Source: Spirochaetia bacterium (lineage in GTDB: Bacteria; Spirochaetota; Spirochaetia; DSM-2461). From it: a stretch of DNA of 64,000 nucleotides. Under the pieces are notes generated by a model. It saw nothing but the letters and a program-made list of their open reading frames with translations, was not told the DNA's origin and did no database searches. Where the stretch lies: positions 2,880,001 through 2,944,000 of the forward strand of contig OY764216.1 of assembly GCA_963668315.1 (NCBI GenBank), written 5' to 3'. Both the position numbers and the translations under genes were made by a program. Shown here one piece after another: positions 59,328-64,000 of this stretch; within the stretch, counting starts at the first letter, position 1; every line of letters begins with the position of its first letter.

Positions 59328-60559
59328 TTTTTTCTGAGAATGAGGCAGCGGTTACCCTTGCTCCGTTCATCGGCCAGCGGGGTATAGCCGCGGTTGCCGC
59401 CCTTCATAAACTGATGAAGATCGTTGCTCTTGCCGTAAATAACGAGCAGACCGCCCTTTTTCAGCAGATTTTTTCCCGTCTCTTTGAGGGGGGTATACCA
59501 GTCCGTTCGGGGAATGAGGTCATTCAGATCGGCCAGAAAAAAATCAAGGGTGCCCTCGTCCAGCCTCTCTTCCAGGGAAGAGAACGTTGAAACGCTTTGA
59601 AGCTGTATCTCCCCCTCGAAGCCGTTTTTTTTCAGATTATGCTCTGTGATGCGGCACTGGAGAAGGTCACGGCCGGACAGGATGATGCGGTCGGCGGAGG
59701 GGCGGCATTTCTCCTGGAACCAGGCGGCCAGATGGCCTTGTCCGGGATTCCAGAAGCACCAGGTGCCGCTTTTGGAATGGGGCTTCAGAAGGCGGGCTGC
59801 CAGCTTATGCCGCCATCCTACCATATCAAAGTCGGGAACATTGTAAACCGTATCCAGATCGTAACGCCGACCTTCCAGTTCATAGTCGGCCCTATGGCGG
59901 ATATAGGGCGTCAACCCTTCGTCGGCACCTCTGTTATCGGCTCTTTTATAGTGGTAGACCGAGTGCATTTTCGTATGTTCCGAATAGGTCACCTCCACCC
60001 CGTGGCGTTCCATGAGCCGTTCCGCCTCTTCGCGCAGAGGGGAAACGATAACCAGGGCAACGGTTCCCCTGTCCGTCAGATAGTTGGTGGAACGGAGGAA
60101 AAAGTCCTCAATCACCTCTTCCCCCGCCTTGGCGGGGATATTGGTGACAAGTAGATCAAGGCTGTTCTCTTCCAGTCCGAAGAGCATCAGCTCCTGTTCT
60201 ATCCGGTCGGGAGTGATCTTATTCAAGGTTCCGTTCCAGCGGGAGAAATCCACCGCCAGAGCGTCACGGTCCCTGAGAATTACCCGGGATTCGGGCAGAT
60301 ATTTTTTCAGGGCCAGACCGATCGTTCCCACTCCGCATCCTATGTCGGCCAGGGAGCGGCACTGCTTGAGATCCACTTCCTTGGCCAGAGTTTTGAGGAG
60401 AAGGAGAGTTCCCGAGTCTACGTCGTTGCTGGAAAAAAGGCCCATGCTCAGGGCCAGTTTCATTTTCTGTCCGTAAAATTGAAAGGGAACCGTCTTATTG
60501 GATAGGGCGGAGAGATCCTGCTTAGCTATTGATGCGCTCCTGATACTCCATGGTATCAA
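59324..60559 (-). CDS. RsmC-like (MTS) SAM-dependent methyltransferase with a duplicated domain (start uncertain)
   Basis: LFSS.DVD.GT.LLL, DIGCGVG, NIPAKAG. Confidence 0.78.
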   Translation of the reverse strand: MIPWSIRSASIAKQDLSALSNKTVPFQFYGQKMKLALSMGLFSSNDVDSGTLLLLKTLAKEVDLKQCRSLADIGCGVGTIGLALKKYLPESRVILRDRDALAVDFSRWNGTLNKITPDRIEQELMLFGLEENSLDLLVTNIPAKAGEEVIEDFFLRSTNYLTDRGTVALVIVSPLREEAERLMERHGVEVTYSEHTKMHSVYHYKRADNRGADEGLTPYIRHRADYELEGRRYDLDTVYNVPDFDMVGWRHKLAARLLKPHSKSGTWCFWNPGQGHLAAWFQEKCRPSADRIILSGRDLLQCRITEHNLKKNGFEGEIQLQSVSTFSSLEERLDEGTLDFFLADLNDLIPRTDWYTPLKETGKNLLKKGGLLVIYGKSNDLHQFMKGGNRGYTPLADERSKGNRCLILRKN

Positions 60560-61097
60560 CGTTAATACGGATTTTTTCGCCCTGCTTGATGAAGATGGGA
60601 ACCTTGACGGTCAGGCCGGTTTCCACGACAACATATTTGGTGGCGCCCGTTACCGTATCGCCTTTGACGGCTTCTTCCGCTTCTGTGACGATCAGATCCA
60701 TCTTGGGAGGAAGTTTGATATCCAGTGTTTCCCCTTCCCACTGAACCACTCGATAGGTTTCGCCTTCAATGAGGAAGTACTTTTTATCCCCCAGAACGGC
60801 GGCGGAAACTTCGTACTGGTCGAAGGTATCGTTATTCATGAAGTGGAAAGACTCACCGTCGGTGAAGAGGTACTGAGACGCCACATCGGAAACATCGATC
60901 TGCTCCATGTTGTCCTGAGCTTTATGCGTTACCTTGAGTACCGCTCCGGTTTTCAGGTTCTTCAGCTTAAGTCTAACAAAGGACGAGCCTTTTCCGGGAT
61001 TGACGAACTCCCTCTCTACCACGGAATAGGGATCACCCTTTTCCTCTATGAACATGCTGTTATCGAGAGCACCGGCTTTAATTACACCCATTTTCAT
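60522..61097 (-). CDS. efp: Translation elongation factor P
   Basis: FVNPGKG, VKGDT, ETG..VKVP.FI. Confidence 0.96.
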   Translation of the reverse strand: MKMGVIKAGALDNSMFIEEKGDPYSVVEREFVNPGKGSSFVRLKLKNLKTGAVLKVTHKAQDNMEQIDVSDVASQYLFTDGESFHFMNNDTFDQYEVSAAVLGDKKYFLIEGETYRVVQWEGETLDIKLPPKMDLIVTEAEEAVKGDTVTGATKYVVVETGLTVKVPIFIKQGEKIRINVDTMEYQERINS

Positions 61098-61281
61098 ATC
61101 CTTTTATACGGAGAAACCGTCCGCGAACCGTAAAAACGGGATCGGCGGGGGAATCTCATATTTTTTGTTTCGGAGCAACAGTATATCAGAAAAAAAAGAA
61201 AGAATAAAGCTATATCTCCCCGTTTCGCAATTTTCCGGCGGAGCGGCACAGGCCCTGAGGAAAAACGGAGTCCCTCCCGTC

Positions 61282-62265
61282 TCAGCGCTTACCGTCGGAA
61301 AAGAGAAGCACGTCCTTAATGGAATCTGCCCCGGAAAGTGCCATTATCAGCCGGTCTAGGCCAATGGCGTTTCCCGATACGGCGGGGTAATCCTTATGGA
61401 AATAATCTCCGTAACGGGAATCTATCCCGTGGGGGACCCGGGCGGACTCCTTTGCTTTCCCTTCCAGGGCAAAGTATTCGGAAATCCGGGATTTCACTGT
61501 CTCCTCTGTGTAGCAGTTGGCCACTTCCATTCCGGCGATATACATTTCCCATCGCTCGCACCACAATGTCCCTTCCTTTCTCCTGGAGAGGGTCGGTACG
61601 AAAGCGGGGTAATCGGTCAGCACAACGGTCCTGTCTTCCGGCAGGGAGGGTTCCACCAGGGTCAGGAAGGCCCGGTTGAAGAGAACCTCTTCATCATCAT
61701 CCCCGTCATAGGGGATCTCCCGTGAGCTCAGTTCCCTCTGAAGGCCCTCAATGCTCCCCCTCTCTTCCAGGCTGAATCCGGCCCATTTCATGAAAGCCTC
61801 CTCCATGGAAATAAGGAGAAAGGGTTCGGTAAAATAGGAGCGCATCTCCTCTGAGGCAAGGGGGGCGAGGGCGTGGAAGAGCTCTTCGGTCAGGCCTATG
61901 TTATCCCGGTAATCCCTGTCTATGGCATACCACTCCAGCATGGAAAATTCATTGCTGTGGAGCCTGCCGGACTGTTCGCTGTTTCTGAAGCATTTGCTTA
62001 TCTGAAACAGGCTGGGAGATCCCTGGGAGAGGAGTTTCTTCATCCATACTTCGGGAGAGGGGACGAGGTAGCGATCGGCGCTCCGGCCGAGAAAATCAAA
62101 TTTTTCCGTTTTGAAAATCTCTATGGCGCTTTCGGGGATCAGATCGGGGGAGAGAAGGGGGGTTTCCACTTCCAGGTATTCCCGGCTCATGAAAAAATCT
62201 CTTATGGTGCGGTATACCCGGGAGCGAAAACGGGCGGCCTCCCAAATGTTTGAAAAGCCGTGCAA
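61282..62265 (-). CDS. epmA: EF-P lysine beta-lysylase (EpmA/GenX)
   Basis: EVETP, SPEVWMKKLL, CFRNSE, EFSMLEWY, ERWE, GLDRL; no anticodon domain; next to efp. Confidence 0.9.
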   Translation of the reverse strand: MHGFSNIWEAARFRSRVYRTIRDFFMSREYLEVETPLLSPDLIPESAIEIFKTEKFDFLGRSADRYLVPSPEVWMKKLLSQGSPSLFQISKCFRNSEQSGRLHSNEFSMLEWYAIDRDYRDNIGLTEELFHALAPLASEEMRSYFTEPFLLISMEEAFMKWAGFSLEERGSIEGLQRELSSREIPYDGDDDEEVLFNRAFLTLVEPSLPEDRTVVLTDYPAFVPTLSRRKEGTLWCERWEMYIAGMEVANCYTEETVKSRISEYFALEGKAKESARVPHGIDSRYGDYFHKDYPAVSGNAIGLDRLIMALSGADSIKDVLLFSDGKR

Positions 62266-62266
62266 A

Positions 62267-62440
62267 TCAGGCCTGGCTGATGCAGTCTGCCGGACAGGCG
62301 TCTACGCAGGAGCCGCAGTCGGTACAGGAATCGGGATCAATAACTCTTACTCCGTCTTTTTCGCTGATAGCTTCGACGGGACATTCCGGTTCGCAAGCAC
62401 CGCAGTTTACGCATTCACTGGAATCAATTACGTGGGCCAT
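62267..62440 (-). CDS. 2x[4Fe-4S] ferredoxin
   Basis: CVNCGACEPECP and CTDCGSCVDACP. Confidence 0.93.
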   Translation of the reverse strand: MAHVIDSSECVNCGACEPECPVEAISEKDGVRVIDPDSCTDCGSCVDACPADCISQA

Positions 62441-62555
62441 AGTGGTCCTCCCTTTATTGGATTTTCTCAAAGATTAAGGCCAAAAGGGGGGAAAAGCAAG
62501 GGGAAAAGGAAGAATTATTCTTAACTATGAGCCGATTTTATGATAGTTTTGAATT

Positions 62556-62972
62556 ATGAATACAGACCTGCCTCCCCTGGTCCTTATCGTGGGTATCCTT
62601 TCGTTTGTGCTTTTCCTGGCAGCTCTTATTACCATGCCCTGGATCATTGGCTCTCTGCCCCGGGACGTTTTTCTGAGAGGAAAAGAGAAGGAGCAATCCC
62701 ATCCTGTCGTCTCTATTCTCATCCTTATTGCTAGGAATGTCATGGGACTGCTTTTTTTTACCATGGGGTTTGTCATGCTGTTCATGCCCGGTCAGGGGCT
62801 GCTGACGATGCTGGCCGGTCTGGTTCTTATGAGATTTCCCGGGAAAACCCGGCTGGTACACCGTATCCTGTCCCTGTCAATCATTCAAAAGGGATTGAAC
62901 GGATTGAGAAGGCGGATGGGAAAGGAAACCTTCCTCTTCCCGGGAGAGGAAAGACCAGGGAAGGGTTCTTGA
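62556..62972 (+). CDS. PGPGW-like small membrane protein
   Basis: MLFMPGQGLLT motif, TM segments. Confidence 0.7.
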   Translation: MNTDLPPLVLIVGILSFVLFLAALITMPWIIGSLPRDVFLRGKEKEQSHPVVSILILIARNVMGLLFFTMGFVMLFMPGQGLLTMLAGLVLMRFPGKTRLVHRILSLSIIQKGLNGLRRRMGKETFLFPGEERPGKGS

Positions 62973-63053
62973 CTAATATCAACAAATCATAATATGGTGT
63001 TCCGAATCGAATTTAACCAGGTCTGCCGCCAGGCGTCCTAAGGAGTATTATCC

Positions 63054-63944
63054 ATGAAAGTCGTAGATATTTTGAAATCGGGAAATCAGACATCGGTCAG
63101 TTTCGAATTTTTCCCGCCCAAGACGGAAAAGGGCTTCCAGAAACTCTACGAAACCATGTCAGAGCTGGACACTCTCAAACCCTCCTATGTAAGCGTTACC
63201 TACGGGGCCGGCGGATCAACCAGGGAGAATACCCATAAGCTTGTGACGCGCATAAAAAAAGAGTCAAGCTTTGAAGTGGTGGCCCATCTGACCTGCGTCG
63301 GTTCCACCCGGGACGAAGTCGCCCGTATTCTGGATAATTATGACGAGGCGGGGGTTCAGAATATCCTGGCTCTGCGCGGTGATCTTCCCAGGGGAATGAC
63401 CGAGTGGAACCCCTCCGGGCAGGGTTTTGACCATGCCGCCGATCTGGTTGCCTTCATCAAGGAAAGGAAGCCCCACTTCGGTATCGGTGTGGCCGGTTTT
63501 CCCGAAGGCCATCCCGAAGCCTTCAACCGTCTGAGAGAGATCGATTACCTGAAAGAGAAAATAGACCGAGGGGCCGACTATATCGTGACCCAGCTGTTCT
63601 TCGATAACCGTGATTTCTATGATTTTGTCGACCGCTGCCGCGTTGTGGGCATTGAAGTTCCCGTAGTCGCCGGTATCATGGCCATCACATCCCGTCAATC
63701 GATGCTGCGCATGGCCGATCTTTCCGCCAATGCCCGTTTCCCCGCTCCTCTCCTCAGGCTTGTCAACAGGGCCGATGAGGACGAAGCCGTTTCCCGGGCG
63801 GGGATTCACTGGGCCGCCGAACAGGTCAGGGACCTTATCGATAACGGGGTCGCCGGCGTGCATATCTACACGCTGAATAACTCCCGGGTCTCCAAAGAGA
63901 TCTGCCTTAATCTGGGGTTAAAGGATTTCGCCTCTCTCCGATAG
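63054..63944 (+). CDS. metF: 5,10-methylenetetrahydrofolate reductase
   Basis: SFEFFPPK, VTYGAGG, AHLTC, LALRGD, TQLFFD, HIYTLN. Confidence 0.96.
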   Translation: MKVVDILKSGNQTSVSFEFFPPKTEKGFQKLYETMSELDTLKPSYVSVTYGAGGSTRENTHKLVTRIKKESSFEVVAHLTCVGSTRDEVARILDNYDEAGVQNILALRGDLPRGMTEWNPSGQGFDHAADLVAFIKERKPHFGIGVAGFPEGHPEAFNRLREIDYLKEKIDRGADYIVTQLFFDNRDFYDFVDRCRVVGIEVPVVAGIMAITSRQSMLRMADLSANARFPAPLLRLVNRADEDEAVSRAGIHWAAEQVRDLIDNGVAGVHIYTLNNSRVSKEICLNLGLKDFASLR

Positions 63945-64000
63945 GCCCTATATCTGATTTCTCAGATAAATCCGCTGGGCCCTCTCCATGAAGAAAACGG

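Noticed and set aside
62973..63053. Possible SAM or SAH riboswitch before metF (AATTTAACC, CCGCCAGGC)
   Set aside because: Only short fragments resemble the consensus and the required stems could not be built; an Rfam scan would settle it

Overview
A gene-dense bacterial chromosomal segment, probably from a free-living anaerobic spirochaete (taxonomy is inference only). I found no rRNA, tRNA, CRISPR array, prophage or transposase. The housekeeping and metabolic loci are: B12/iron ABC import, proA, JAB-DinG, an MCP, a Rex-linked electron-bifurcating-type [FeFe]-hydrogenase operon, trxA, clpS-clpA-aat, thiBP behind a TPP riboswitch, pgsA, feoB with a DtxR-family regulator, two diguanylate cyclases, valS, a reverse pyrF-pyrE fusion, efp/epmA and metF. 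The best candidate for an undescribed system is a ~12 kb putative light/photo-oxidative stress island (10531-22672). It encodes a class II photolyase, DUF523-DUF1722, a lipocalin, DUF1295, a FakA-FakB-like fusion, PlsY and an RND pump. Its regulator carries an XRE-type HTH on a CarH-like B12 domain. The same TATAAC-N5-GTTATA palindrome overlaps the -10 box of both the lipocalin operon promoter and the regulator's own promoter. Other notable signals are an unannotated Val-rich leader-peptide attenuator in front of valS, a structured (possibly pseudoknotted) RNA leader in front of an S1-domain gene, an MCP with two extracytoplasmic CZB domains, and repeated leaderless promoter geometry. All assignments come from motif recognition by eye; no database search was run.
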